Shown piece after piece: positions 47,533 to 56,837 of a DNA stretch of 64,000 nucleotides (position 1 is the stretch's first letter; each line of letters starts with the position of its first letter). Made by a program: the position numbers and the translations under genes. The notes beneath the pieces are model-generated. The model was not told the origin of the DNA, did not search any database, and saw only the letters and a program-made list of their open reading frames with translations. This DNA is from Alphaproteobacteria bacterium (lineage in GTDB: Bacteria; Pseudomonadota; Alphaproteobacteria; SP197). The DNA is taken from assembly GCA_965228895.1 (NCBI GenBank), contig OZ245842.1, positions 4,096,001 to 4,160,000 of the forward strand, read 5' to 3'.

Positions 47533-47558
47533 CCCCGGCGGCGGCAACGCCGCCGGGG
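47533..47558 (+). terminator. 11-bp GC hairpin with GCAA tetraloop after the binding-protein gene
   Basis: CCCCGGCGGCG-GCAA-CGCCGCCGGGG; weak U-tract. Confidence 0.55.
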
Positions 47559-47588
47559 CTTCGCTCTCGACCGACCGGGCTGGGCTTG

Positions 47589-48674
47589 ATGTCGACCGCT
47601 CCCATTTTGCGCCTAGACAAGATCGTCAAGCGCTTCGACGAGTTCACGGCTGTTCAGGAAATCGATCTCGATATCGTCGAGGGCGAATTCCTGACCATCG
47701 TCGGTCCGTCGGGCAGCGGCAAGACGACGCTGATCCGTCTGATGGTCGGCATGGAAGAGCCGACCAGCGGCGAGATCTGGCTGCGCGACAAACGCATCGA
47801 TCAGGTACCCGCCAACAAACGCCCGACCTGCATGGTCTTCCAGTCGCTGGCGCTGTTCCCTCACAGAAGTGTTGGCCAGAACATTGAATTCCCGCTCAAG
47901 ATCCGCGGCGTCAGCCCTGCCGAACGAAGGGCGCGCGCGCTTGAGTTGATGGAACTGCTGCATCTACCGACCGATTACTACGGCAAACGCGTTACCCAGT
48001 GTTCGGGCGGTGAGCGCCAGCGTGTCGCGCTTGCCAGGGCGCTCGCGTTCGATCCGGAAATCCTGTTCTTCGACGAACCGCTCTCGGCGCTCGATTATCG
48101 CCTGCGCAAGAAGCTTGAGAAGGAGCTCAAAGACCTTCACGCGCGCACCGGCAAGACCTTCGTCTACATCACCCACTCGCTGGAAGAGGCCATGGTGATG
48201 TCCGACCGCATCGCAATCATGAACCGGGGTCAGTTCGAGCAGATCGCCGTTGCCGAGGAAATCTATGACCGCCCGAACAGCCGCTTCGTCGCGGAGTTCA
48301 TGGGCGAGGTCAACCTGTTCGACGTCGAGGGCACGGCGAGCGGCGGACTCCACGGCCATGGCGTCGAAATCCACGTCAACGGCGAGGCGTCGGATTTCGG
48401 CATGGCGCTGGAGCCGGGCACGCGCGGTGCGCTGATGGTACGGCCCGAGTACATCCGCTTTCAGCCACCGGGCCAGACCAGCGACTTCATCGTGCGCGGC
48501 ATCCTGCGCGGCGAGTACGCGCTGGGCTCGCGCATTCAGTATGAGGTCGAGACCGCCGACGGCACACGGTTGACCGTCGAAAAGCTCCGCGAGGATCGTT
48601 TTTCCGGCGGCCTGGGTGAAGAGGTCGTGCTCGGCTGGGATCTCGAACACTCGCACATGATCCGCGAGGGCTGA
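47589..48674 (+). CDS. PotA-type ABC ATP-binding protein
   Basis: GPSGSGKT, CSGGERQRV, FFDEPLSALD, ITHSLEEA, TOBE-like C-terminus. Confidence 0.92.
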   Translation: MSTAPILRLDKIVKRFDEFTAVQEIDLDIVEGEFLTIVGPSGSGKTTLIRLMVGMEEPTSGEIWLRDKRIDQVPANKRPTCMVFQSLALFPHRSVGQNIEFPLKIRGVSPAERRARALELMELLHLPTDYYGKRVTQCSGGERQRVALARALAFDPEILFFDEPLSALDYRLRKKLEKELKDLHARTGKTFVYITHSLEEAMVMSDRIAIMNRGQFEQIAVAEEIYDRPNSRFVAEFMGEVNLFDVEGTASGGLHGHGVEIHVNGEASDFGMALEPGTRGALMVRPEYIRFQPPGQTSDFIVRGILRGEYALGSRIQYEVETADGTRLTVEKLREDRFSGGLGEEVVLGWDLEHSHMIREG

Positions 48675-48677
48675 CCG

Positions 48678-49532
48678 TTGGAACGGGCCGAACGCCGCCA
48701 GGGTTTCCTTTGCGCGCTGCCACTGACGGTTGTCCTGGCGCTGAGTTTCCTGGCGCCGCTTTTGGTCGTCGCGGCGTTTTCCACCATGCCGACCAAGGTT
48801 TTCGACCTCGGTCACGTTCCCGACTTCTCCGCCTATCTCGTGCTGCTCGAGCAGGGCTATTATCGGTCGCTGTTATGGTCGCTGGGCACGGCGTTCGCCG
48901 CCACGGTTATTCTTTTCATCACCTGCTGGCCGCTCGCCTTCGCCATGTCGAAGGTGTTCGGACGGTTCGCAATTGTCATCACCATCGGCGTCGTCATGAC
49001 GCTCTTCGTCTCAGAAAACATCCGCCTGTTCGGCTGGGTTCTGACCTTGATGAAAGGCGGCCTGCTCGAAGGTCATCTGCGCGCCTGGTTCGGCGTCAGC
49101 TTTGAAGACGCGCTCTACAATGTCCCGGTCATCATCTTCGGCCTGGTCTATGTCTACTTTCCGTTCATGCTGTTCCCGCTCGCCCAGGGCATTGCCATGG
49201 TACCCGACGATGCGCGACAGGCCGCGGCCGACCTGGGCGCCAGCCGCTGGCAGATCCTGAAGGAAATCGATCTGCCGCTCTCCGCGCCGGGCATCGTGGT
49301 TGGCTCGCTCTTGTGTTTCGTGCTGTCCGCCGGCGCGCTTGCGGAAACCAAGCTATTGGGTGGCCAGGCGGTGATTGTCATCGCCGACGAGGTCGAAACG
49401 GCCTTCACCTACTCCCAGAACTGGCCGCTCGGCTCCAGCCTTGCCATGGTTCTCATCTTGATCATCGGTACGCTGGCCATTGTCGGCATCGCCAAGGTCG
49501 ACCTCGACGCGATCATGGGGCGCAAGCGCTGA
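48678..49532 (+). CDS. PotB-type ABC permease
   Basis: Multi-TM, QAAADLGAS loop, NWPLGSSLA. Confidence 0.9.
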   Translation: MERAERRQGFLCALPLTVVLALSFLAPLLVVAAFSTMPTKVFDLGHVPDFSAYLVLLEQGYYRSLLWSLGTAFAATVILFITCWPLAFAMSKVFGRFAIVITIGVVMTLFVSENIRLFGWVLTLMKGGLLEGHLRAWFGVSFEDALYNVPVIIFGLVYVYFPFMLFPLAQGIAMVPDDARQAAADLGASRWQILKEIDLPLSAPGIVVGSLLCFVLSAGALAETKLLGGQAVIVIADEVETAFTYSQNWPLGSSLAMVLILIIGTLAIVGIAKVDLDAIMGRKR

Positions 49533-50347
49533 TGCAACCGACGCCGCTCACACGCACGGCGCTTTTCGTCTACGGCATTCTGGCGCTGCTCTTTCTCTAT
49601 CTGCCGATCATCGCCGTCGGTTTCGCGTCGATCTCCAAAGCGCGTTACCTGACCTTTCCAATCAAAAAGTACTCCTTTGACTGGTACGGCAAGGCGCTGG
49701 AAAGCTCGACCGTCTATGACCTCGTCGTGACATCGATGAAGGTCGCCTGCATCGTCACCATCGTCTCGATGGTTGTCGGCTTCTTCGGCGCGCTTGCCTT
49801 CGCGCGCTATCACTGGCGCTTCCGCGGCCTTTTCCAGAAACTGATCCTGCTGCCCATCTTCTTTCCCCAGACGGTCCTGGGCCTGGCGCTGCTCATCTGG
49901 TTCAACTCGGTCGACATCATTCCGACCTGGCACACAGCCGTCGTCGCCCATCTGGTCTGGATCGCGCCAATCGCCACGCTCATCATCGCCATTCGCGCCT
50001 ATAGCTTCGATCCGGCACTTGAAGAAGCCGCCCGCGACATGGGCGCGTCGACCTGGACCGTGCTGAAGGAAGTGACGGTGCCGTTACTGATGCCCGGCGT
50101 TATCTCAGCGGGCCTCTTCTCGTTCCTTTTGAGCTGGGGCAACTTCCCGCTCTCGCTGTTCACGACCGGCGCGGACTCCACCCTGCCCGAATGGCTCTAC
50201 GCGAAGATGGTCTCGGGCTATTCGCCGCTGGTGCCGACGGTCGGCATCCTGTCGATCGCGTTCTCGGTCGTCATCTTGATCGTGGCCTATGTCATTTTTC
50301 GCATCGTACGCGCGGTTAACCAAAACCGGTTGAGCGCCAGCGCGTAA
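49532..50347 (+). CDS. PotC-type ABC permease
   Basis: LFLYLPI, EEAARDMGAS; ATG overlaps the upstream stop (TGATG). Confidence 0.9.
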   Translation: MQPTPLTRTALFVYGILALLFLYLPIIAVGFASISKARYLTFPIKKYSFDWYGKALESSTVYDLVVTSMKVACIVTIVSMVVGFFGALAFARYHWRFRGLFQKLILLPIFFPQTVLGLALLIWFNSVDIIPTWHTAVVAHLVWIAPIATLIIAIRAYSFDPALEEAARDMGASTWTVLKEVTVPLLMPGVISAGLFSFLLSWGNFPLSLFTTGADSTLPEWLYAKMVSGYSPLVPTVGILSIAFSVVILIVAYVIFRIVRAVNQNRLSASA

Positions 50348-50365
50348 CACAAACGGGAGGACACC

Positions 50366-51145
50366 ATGCTTACATCGATTAGAGACCGCAGTGTCATCGT
50401 TACCGGCGCCTCCAAAGGTATCGGCAAGGGCATCGCCAAGGTGTTCGCCGCCCAGGGGGCCAAGGTCATGCTCGCCGCGCGCAATGAGGCCGACCTGAAG
50501 GCGACGGCGGATGAACTCAACGCGGCTGGCGGCACGTGCGAGTGGCGCACATGCGATGTGTCTGACTGGGATTCCGTTCAGGCGCTTGTCAACGACACCG
50601 TCCGCGCTTTCGGCGGCCTCGACGTCATGTGCGCCAATGCCGGCATCTTCCCGCAAACCAAGATGGTCAGCATGGATCCCTCGGAATGGGACCACGTCAT
50701 GTCGGTCAACCTGAAAAGCGCCTTCCTGTGCGTCAAGGCGACGATCCCGCATTTCGAGAAAGCCGGTAAAGGCCGTGTGGTCCTGACCTCCTCCATTACC
50801 GGGCCGATGACCGGTTTCCCCGGATGGACCCATTACGGCGCGTCGAAGGCGGGCCAGTTGGGCTTCCTCAAGACCGCCGCCATGGAGATGAGCCGTTACA
50901 ACACGACGGTCAACGCCGTCATGCCCGGCAACATCGCGACCGAAGGCCTGCACGATCTCGGCCAGGACTATGTCGACGCGATGATCGCGGCGATCCCTGT
51001 CAAACGCCTGGGCGAAGTCGCCGATATCGGCAACGCCGCTCTGTTCCTGGCCTCAGACGAGGCCGGCTTCATCACCGGTCAGACCATTGTTGTCGATGGC
51101 GGACAGACGATTCCGGAGTCCGTCGAGGCCATCGCGGACATCTAA
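50366..51145 (+). CDS. SDR, 1-amino-2-propanol dehydrogenase / aminoacetone reductase-like
   Basis: TGASKGIG, CANAGIFP, TSSITGPMTGFPGWTHYGASKAGQLGF and PGNIATEGL closely match the recalled mycobacterial RMM enzyme. Confidence 0.8.
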   Translation: MLTSIRDRSVIVTGASKGIGKGIAKVFAAQGAKVMLAARNEADLKATADELNAAGGTCEWRTCDVSDWDSVQALVNDTVRAFGGLDVMCANAGIFPQTKMVSMDPSEWDHVMSVNLKSAFLCVKATIPHFEKAGKGRVVLTSSITGPMTGFPGWTHYGASKAGQLGFLKTAAMEMSRYNTTVNAVMPGNIATEGLHDLGQDYVDAMIAAIPVKRLGEVADIGNAALFLASDEAGFITGQTIVVDGGQTIPESVEAIADI

Positions 51146-51167
51146 TGTGAGTGGAAGGGAGGCCGCG

Positions 51168-52172
51168 ATGGACGACGCGGCGTTATCGCACGACAACCTG
51201 GTTGAACGGCTGCACGCGCTGGCCAACGCGGCGCTTCCTCTGTGGGGCGTGCCGGAGGGCGCGACGGCGCGGCTGATCAACCTGTCGGAAAACGCGACCT
51301 ATATGGTCGAAGGTCCGAACGGCTATCGGTCCGTCCTGCGCGTGCATCGCGAGGACTATCACACCGTCAACGCCATCGGTTGCGAACTCGCTTGGATGGC
51401 GGCGCTGAAGAACGAGGGTGGTGTCGATACGCCGCCCGCCATCCCCGGCAAGGACGGCGAACTCATCCAGACCGCCGGCATCGAGGGGCTACCCCGGCCG
51501 CGCCAGATGGTGATGTTCCAGTTTGTCGAAGGCGAGGAGCCGGACGAGACCGCCGATCTGGTCGGCCCGTTCGAGGAACTCGGCGAGATCGCCGCACGCA
51601 CCCACGTCCACGTCGCCAATTGGGAAAAACCGGCGTCGTTCGAGCGCCTTATCTGGGATTACGAGCACACGCTGGGTTCAACACCCAACTGGGGCGACTG
51701 GCGCGCCGCGCCGGCCATGGACGCGGCGGCCCTGGCGGTCCTGGAACGCCAGCAGGAGGTCATTCGCCAGCGCCTGGAAGCGTTCGGCATGGGCCCGGAG
51801 CGCTATGGCCTGATCCACGCCGATATGCGCCTGGCGAACCTCTTGATCCACGAAGGCGCGACACGGCTGATCGATTTCGACGACTGCGGGCTCGGCTGGC
51901 ACATGTACGACTTCGCCGCCGGCGTGAGTTTCATCGAGGACAGCCCGCAGATCCCGGCCTTGAAGAACGCCTGGGTCAAGGGCTACCGCAAGGTGATCGA
52001 TCTGCCGGCCGAAGACGAGGCGGAGATCGATACCTTCGTCATGCTGCGCCGCATGGTGCTGCTGGCCTGGATCGGCTCGCATATCGAGACCGATCTGGCC
52101 CAGGAGATGGGCAGGACGTTTACGAAGGTCTCCGTCGATCTGGCCGAGGACTACCTCTCCCGCTTTGGCTGA
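51168..52172 (+). CDS. APH/choline-kinase-like phosphotransferase (aminopropanol kinase-like)
   Basis: SENATY, LRVHR, LIHADMRLANLL, IDFDDCG; GGGAGG RBS. Confidence 0.85.
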   Translation: MDDAALSHDNLVERLHALANAALPLWGVPEGATARLINLSENATYMVEGPNGYRSVLRVHREDYHTVNAIGCELAWMAALKNEGGVDTPPAIPGKDGELIQTAGIEGLPRPRQMVMFQFVEGEEPDETADLVGPFEELGEIAARTHVHVANWEKPASFERLIWDYEHTLGSTPNWGDWRAAPAMDAAALAVLERQQEVIRQRLEAFGMGPERYGLIHADMRLANLLIHEGATRLIDFDDCGLGWHMYDFAAGVSFIEDSPQIPALKNAWVKGYRKVIDLPAEDEAEIDTFVMLRRMVLLAWIGSHIETDLAQEMGRTFTKVSVDLAEDYLSRFG

Positions 52173-52263
52173 GGGCAGGCGCGCGCCTGTCAACCGAAAT
52201 GGGGTCGCTGTCAAGCGGCTCCGGGCTTCCGGTCCTAACGTTCTTTGATCGCGAGGAGCCCGA

Positions 52264-53532
52264 ATGAGCCAGGAAAAGCTCGAATTTCTAGAGAGGTCGC
52301 GGACCTTCTGGAACCCGCGCAAGACGCAGGATTGGCAGGACATGGGCGTCGATCTGGTGATCGATCGGCGCGAGGGTTACTACCTCTATGACATGGACGG
52401 CCGCCGCCTGATCGACGTCCATCTGAACGGTGGCACCTACAACCTGGGCCACCGTCATCCCGAGCTGGTCGAGGTGTTGAAGGCCGGCACCGCGCGCTTC
52501 GACATGGGTAACCACCATTTTCCCGCGCTCGCGCGCACCGCCCTGGCCGAGGCGCTGTCGCTGTGCACGCCCGGTGATCTCAAATACACGATGTACGGCG
52601 CCGGCGGCGCGGAAGCCATCGAGCTTGCCATCAAGTCGGCCCGCCACGCCGCCCAGAAACGCAAGATCGTCTCGATCGTGAAGGCCTATCACGGTCACAG
52701 CGGTCTTTCGGTCAAGGCCGGCGACGAACGGTTTTCGAAGATCTTCCTGTCGGAAGACACCGAGGGCGAGTTCGTCCAGGTACCGTTCAACGACCTGAAC
52801 GCCATGGAGGACGCGCTGAAGGGCCGCGACGTCGCCGCCGTCCTGATGGAGACGATCCCCGCGACCTATGGCTTTCCCATGCCGCACGAAGGCTACCTGC
52901 CGGGCGTGAAGCAGCTTTGCGAGCGCTACGACGCCTTCTATGTCGCCGACGAGGTGCAGACCGGCCTGATGCGCACCGGCGACATGTGGGGCATTACCCG
53001 CTACGGCGTCGAGCCGGACATTCTGGTCACTGGCAAGGGCATCACCGGCGGGCTTTACCCGATCTCCTGCTGCGTGGCGTCGGAGCGCTGCGCCGGCTGG
53101 CTCAAGATCGACGGTTTCGCCCACATGTCGACGGCGGGCGGCGCGGAACTCGGCTGCATCGTCGCCATGAAAACGCTTGAGATCCTGCAGCGCCCGGAGG
53201 TCCGGACCATGGTCCGCTACGTCTCCGACTACATGCGCCAGGGCCTTAACCAGATCCAGGACATCTACCCCGATTTCTTTGTCGGCATCCGCCAGCACGG
53301 CGTCGTCATGGGCCTTGAGTTCAATCACGAACAAGGCGCCAAACCGGTGATGAAACACCTCTACGAAAACGGTGTGTGGGCGATCTTCTCGACGCTGGAT
53401 CCGCGGGTCCTGCAGTTCAAGCCGGGCATCCTGATGACCCAGGCCGAATGCGAGGACCTGCTGCGCCGTGTCGAGATCGCCATCGGGCTGGCCCGCCAGG
53501 AAATCATGGGCGGTCAGCGGAGGATCGCCTAG
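52264..53532 (+). CDS. Class III PLP enzyme, putative aminoalcohol-phosphate phospho-lyase
   Basis: NLGHRHP, AYHG, DEVQTGL and TGKG PLP lysine; sits between the kinase and the ALDH in the BMC operon. Confidence 0.8.
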   Translation: MSQEKLEFLERSRTFWNPRKTQDWQDMGVDLVIDRREGYYLYDMDGRRLIDVHLNGGTYNLGHRHPELVEVLKAGTARFDMGNHHFPALARTALAEALSLCTPGDLKYTMYGAGGAEAIELAIKSARHAAQKRKIVSIVKAYHGHSGLSVKAGDERFSKIFLSEDTEGEFVQVPFNDLNAMEDALKGRDVAAVLMETIPATYGFPMPHEGYLPGVKQLCERYDAFYVADEVQTGLMRTGDMWGITRYGVEPDILVTGKGITGGLYPISCCVASERCAGWLKIDGFAHMSTAGGAELGCIVAMKTLEILQRPEVRTMVRYVSDYMRQGLNQIQDIYPDFFVGIRQHGVVMGLEFNHEQGAKPVMKHLYENGVWAIFSTLDPRVLQFKPGILMTQAECEDLLRRVEIAIGLARQEIMGGQRRIA

Positions 53533-55100
53533 TGGAGGCGCAGGTCCGCACGCTGGTCGACATCTCCGGCAGCAAGGCGGCGATGACCGGTCGCGCCAAC
53601 CTGATGCTGGAGCGCGCAGGCTGGGCGTCCCAGGTCTTCCTGCGCTACGACCGCGACGCCACCATGAAGATCGTCGACGCGGTCGCCGATGCGGCCTTTG
53701 CCAACGCCGGACGCTTCGCCGAACTGGCGGTCGAGGAAACCGGTTTCGGCGTCGCCGCCCACAAGAAACTCAAGAACGAACTGACATCCCACGCTCTCGT
53801 CGATTTCTACCGTGACCAGGACTATGTCAGTCCGCGCATCGACGAGGCGCGCAAGATCGTCGAGATACCGCGGCCCGCCGGTGTCGTCTTTGCGCTCGCG
53901 CCATCGACAAACCCGATCGCGACGCTGAACTTCAAGACCATCATGGCGCTGATGACACGCAACGCCATCGTCTTCAGCCCGCATCCCGCGGCACGCAAGT
54001 CCTGCGTCGAAGCGTGCCGTATCCTGGAAGACGCGGCGGTCGCCGCCGGCGCGCCGGACGGCATCATCCAGATCATCGAAGACCCGACGGTACCGCTGAT
54101 CGAAGAGTTCATGGCCTCGCCCAAGACCGACGTCATCCTGGCGACGGGCGGCACGGCCATGGTGCGCGCGGCCTATTCCTCGTCCAATCCGGCGATCGGC
54201 GTCGGTCCCGGCAATGCGCCGGTTTATGTCGATTCAAGCGCCGACCTCGACAAGGCGGCCAAACGCATCGTCGCATCCAAGAGCTTCGACAATTCGGTTC
54301 TCTGCACCAACGAGTCGACGCTGATCACGCTGGACGAGGTCGACCAGCGCCTGCGGCGCAGCCTGCAGCAGGCGGGTGCCTATGTCTGCTCCGACGACGA
54401 GGTCGCGCAACTGCGCACCTACCTCTTCCACGACCGCGGCTTCAACATCGAGGCTATCGGTCGCGACGCCACCTGGATCGCCGGCGAGTGCGGCATCAAG
54501 GTGCCGGGCAAGACCAAGATCCTGCTCGCGCCGATCACCCAGATCGGCATCGAGGAACCGCTGTCGAAGGAAAAGCTCTGCCCGGTGCTCGCCTATCACG
54601 TGGCGTCCAGCCGCGGTCAGGCGATCGCTCAGGCACGCGCGCTGCTGCGCCTGACCGGCGCCGGTCACTCCGCCGCGATCCACGCCAACGACCCCGCCGT
54701 GCCCCTCGCTTACGCCTCGGCGGTCGAGAGCTATCGCGTTGTCGTCAACGCGCCGTGCAGCCAGGGTGCGGCCGGTTTCGACACCAATCTTGCGCCGACC
54801 TTCACCATCGGCACGGGCTTTTTCGGCAGGAGTTCGATCGGCGAGAACATCGGGCCGCACCATCTGATCCACTGGACGCGCCTCGCCCACAACACCGCGG
54901 CCGACGAGGTCATGGGCGACTATCGCGGTCTCAGGCAACAGCTTGATGGGCCACTGCAGCAGGCGCCGTCCGACGGCGTGCCCGGCCTTTCCATGGCGCC
55001 GCGACAGCAGCAGCCCGCCTCGGCCGCTATCGATGCCAGCACGCGCGAGGAACTGCGGCGGTTGATCGCAGAAGAACTGCGCGCGGCGCTGAAGACATAG
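53532..55100 (+). CDS. CoA-acylating aldehyde dehydrogenase (PduP/EutE-like) with C-terminal encapsulation peptide
   Basis: PSTNP, FSPHP, ATGG, GVGPGN, SFDNSVLCTNE (catalytic Cys), EKLCPVL, GHSAAIH; start GTG 53532 or ATG 53583. Confidence 0.9.
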   Translation: MEAQVRTLVDISGSKAAMTGRANLMLERAGWASQVFLRYDRDATMKIVDAVADAAFANAGRFAELAVEETGFGVAAHKKLKNELTSHALVDFYRDQDYVSPRIDEARKIVEIPRPAGVVFALAPSTNPIATLNFKTIMALMTRNAIVFSPHPAARKSCVEACRILEDAAVAAGAPDGIIQIIEDPTVPLIEEFMASPKTDVILATGGTAMVRAAYSSSNPAIGVGPGNAPVYVDSSADLDKAAKRIVASKSFDNSVLCTNESTLITLDEVDQRLRRSLQQAGAYVCSDDEVAQLRTYLFHDRGFNIEAIGRDATWIAGECGIKVPGKTKILLAPITQIGIEEPLSKEKLCPVLAYHVASSRGQAIAQARALLRLTGAGHSAAIHANDPAVPLAYASAVESYRVVVNAPCSQGAAGFDTNLAPTFTIGTGFFGRSSIGENIGPHHLIHWTRLAHNTAADEVMGDYRGLRQQLDGPLQQAPSDGVPGLSMAPRQQQPASAAIDASTREELRRLIAEELRAALKT

Positions 55101-55106
55101 ACCGTC

Positions 55107-55718
55107 ATGGCCGATCTCAGATCCTTCATCTTCATCGACCAGCTGCAGCCCCAGACGCTCGCCTATATCGCGACCTGGATGCGCGGCCACCTGCCGCGCC
55201 GCAACATGGCCGCCCAGATCATCGAGATCGCGCCGGGCCTCGATATCGAGGCGCTGACCGATGTGGCACTCAAGGGCGCCGACGTGAAGGCGGGCATTCT
55301 GGTGGTCGAGCGGCAGTTCGGTTACCTCGAGTTCCATGCCAAGTCGCCGGCGGAAGTCCGCGCCGGCGCCCAGGCTGTGTTGGATGCGCTGGAAGCACGA
55401 CCCGAAGACGCGACGCCGCCGAAGATCCTGGGCTCCAGCATCGTGTCGCGGGTCGATCGGCAACACGCCTTCCTGATCAACCGCAACAAACTGGGTTCGA
55501 TGATCCTGGGCGGCGACTCGCTCTTCCTTCTCGAATGCCAGCCGGCGTCCTACGCCATCCTCGCCTGCAACGAGGCGGAGAAGGAAGCCAACATCAAGGT
55601 CATTGACTACCGCATGATCGGCGCCAACGGCCGCCTCTATCTGGCCGGCCGCGAAGCGGAGATCCGCGCCGCGCACGAGGCCGCCACCCGCGCGCTCGAA
55701 CTCCAGGGCGCGGTTTAG
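55107..55718 (+). CDS. BMC-T tandem-domain shell protein (CcmP/CsoS1D-like, double-stacking type)
   Basis: LRSFIFIDQLQPQ, IEIAPG, VERQFG, ACNEAEKEA, GANGRLY; 203 aa. Confidence 0.9.
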   Translation: MADLRSFIFIDQLQPQTLAYIATWMRGHLPRRNMAAQIIEIAPGLDIEALTDVALKGADVKAGILVVERQFGYLEFHAKSPAEVRAGAQAVLDALEARPEDATPPKILGSSIVSRVDRQHAFLINRNKLGSMILGGDSLFLLECQPASYAILACNEAEKEANIKVIDYRMIGANGRLYLAGREAEIRAAHEAATRALELQGAV

Positions 55719-55729
55719 GGAGCGGGGCG

Positions 55730-56167
55730 TTGGTCGAGGAACTCAGAGGCGTCATCCGCGAACTCCTGGCCGAGGAACTGGCCAAGGTGCGCGCGGAGAT
55801 GGGCGGCAAACCGTCGAACCCAGGCGTTCGCGAGGAAGCGGTGACGATCGCGTCCGACCAGGACCTTGAGACTTTCGTCAAACGGCTGATGGCGCTTGCG
55901 AGCGATCCCAAGGCGCGCGCGGAGATCGAGGCCGGCCGACACCGGTTTCGTCTGGACGGGGGTGTGCAAACCGCCACACCGGCCGCGCCCAGCGCGTCGG
56001 GCGGCGCCACTCCACATTTCGACCGGGGCGTCGTCACCGAGCGTGACGTCGGCAAATTGCCACCCGGTCTCACCACGGTCCGGGTGAGCAAGCGCGTGCG
56101 CTTCACGCCGCTCGCCAAGGACGAACTACGCCGACGCGGCGTCACCATCGAAAGGACATCGTCATGA
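55730..56167 (+). CDS. BMC-associated hypothetical protein with encapsulation-peptide-like N-terminus
   Basis: EELRGVIRELLAEELAKV amphipathic helix; C-terminal VVTERDV...TPLAKDELRRRGVTIE module. Confidence 0.75.
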   Translation: MVEELRGVIRELLAEELAKVRAEMGGKPSNPGVREEAVTIASDQDLETFVKRLMALASDPKARAEIEAGRHRFRLDGGVQTATPAAPSASGGATPHFDRGVVTERDVGKLPPGLTTVRVSKRVRFTPLAKDELRRRGVTIERTSS

Positions 56168-56409
56168 TCCGTGGTCGCGTGAAGGGCCGGGTCTGGTCCT
56201 CCAAACATATCGAGACACTGCCCAATGGCGGCCTGCTTGAGGTCGAGACCGAAGGCGGCGGCACGCTGGTCGCCTTCGATCCGCTCGGCTGCGCCGACGG
56301 CGAGGCGGTGTTGGTCACGCAAGGTTCGGTGGCCGCCGGTTATTTCACCGGCACCAAGGCGCCGGTCGACGCGTTGATCATCGGCTCGATCGACGAAGAC
56401 GGCGGCTAG
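56164..56409 (+). CDS. BMC-P vertex (pentamer) protein, EutN/CcmL family
   Basis: [42 protein letters not shown]. Confidence 0.95.
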   Translation: MIRGRVKGRVWSSKHIETLPNGGLLEVETEGGGTLVAFDPLGCADGEAVLVTQGSVAAGYFTGTKAPVDALIIGSIDEDGG

Positions 56410-56509
56410 AGCCATGGCCCGAGCCGCCACCCGCAAACGTTCACCCGCAGGCACGGCCAAGCGGGCATCATCCGGCCCCAAGGCCGCATCGCAGAAGGAA
56501 GGAAATCCC

Positions 56510-56791
56510 ATGTCGAACCAGGCGATTGGAATGATCGAAACCAAAGGCTTCGTTGCGGCGCTCGCCGCGGCCGATGCCATGGTCAAAGCGGCGAACGTCA
56601 CCATCGTGGCGCGCGAGGAAGTCGGCGACGGCCTTGTCGCGGTTGTCATCAAGGGCGATGTCGGCGCCGTCAAGGCGGCGACCGAAGCCGGTGCGGAGAC
56701 CGCCAACCAGGTTGGCGAGATGGTCTCCGTCCACGTCATTCCGCGGCCCCACGCCGACCTCGGCAAGTACTTCGACTCCACCGGTAAGTGA
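56510..56791 (+). CDS. BMC-H hexamer shell protein (PduA/EutM-like)
   Basis: [43 protein letters not shown]; AAGGA RBS. Confidence 0.97.
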   Translation: MSNQAIGMIETKGFVAALAAADAMVKAANVTIVAREEVGDGLVAVVIKGDVGAVKAATEAGAETANQVGEMVSVHVIPRPHADLGKYFDSTGK

Positions 56792-56837
56792 CGCCTCCCT
56801 CCCCGTCCCCGTCTCCGTCAGATCGGGCGAGGCGTCG

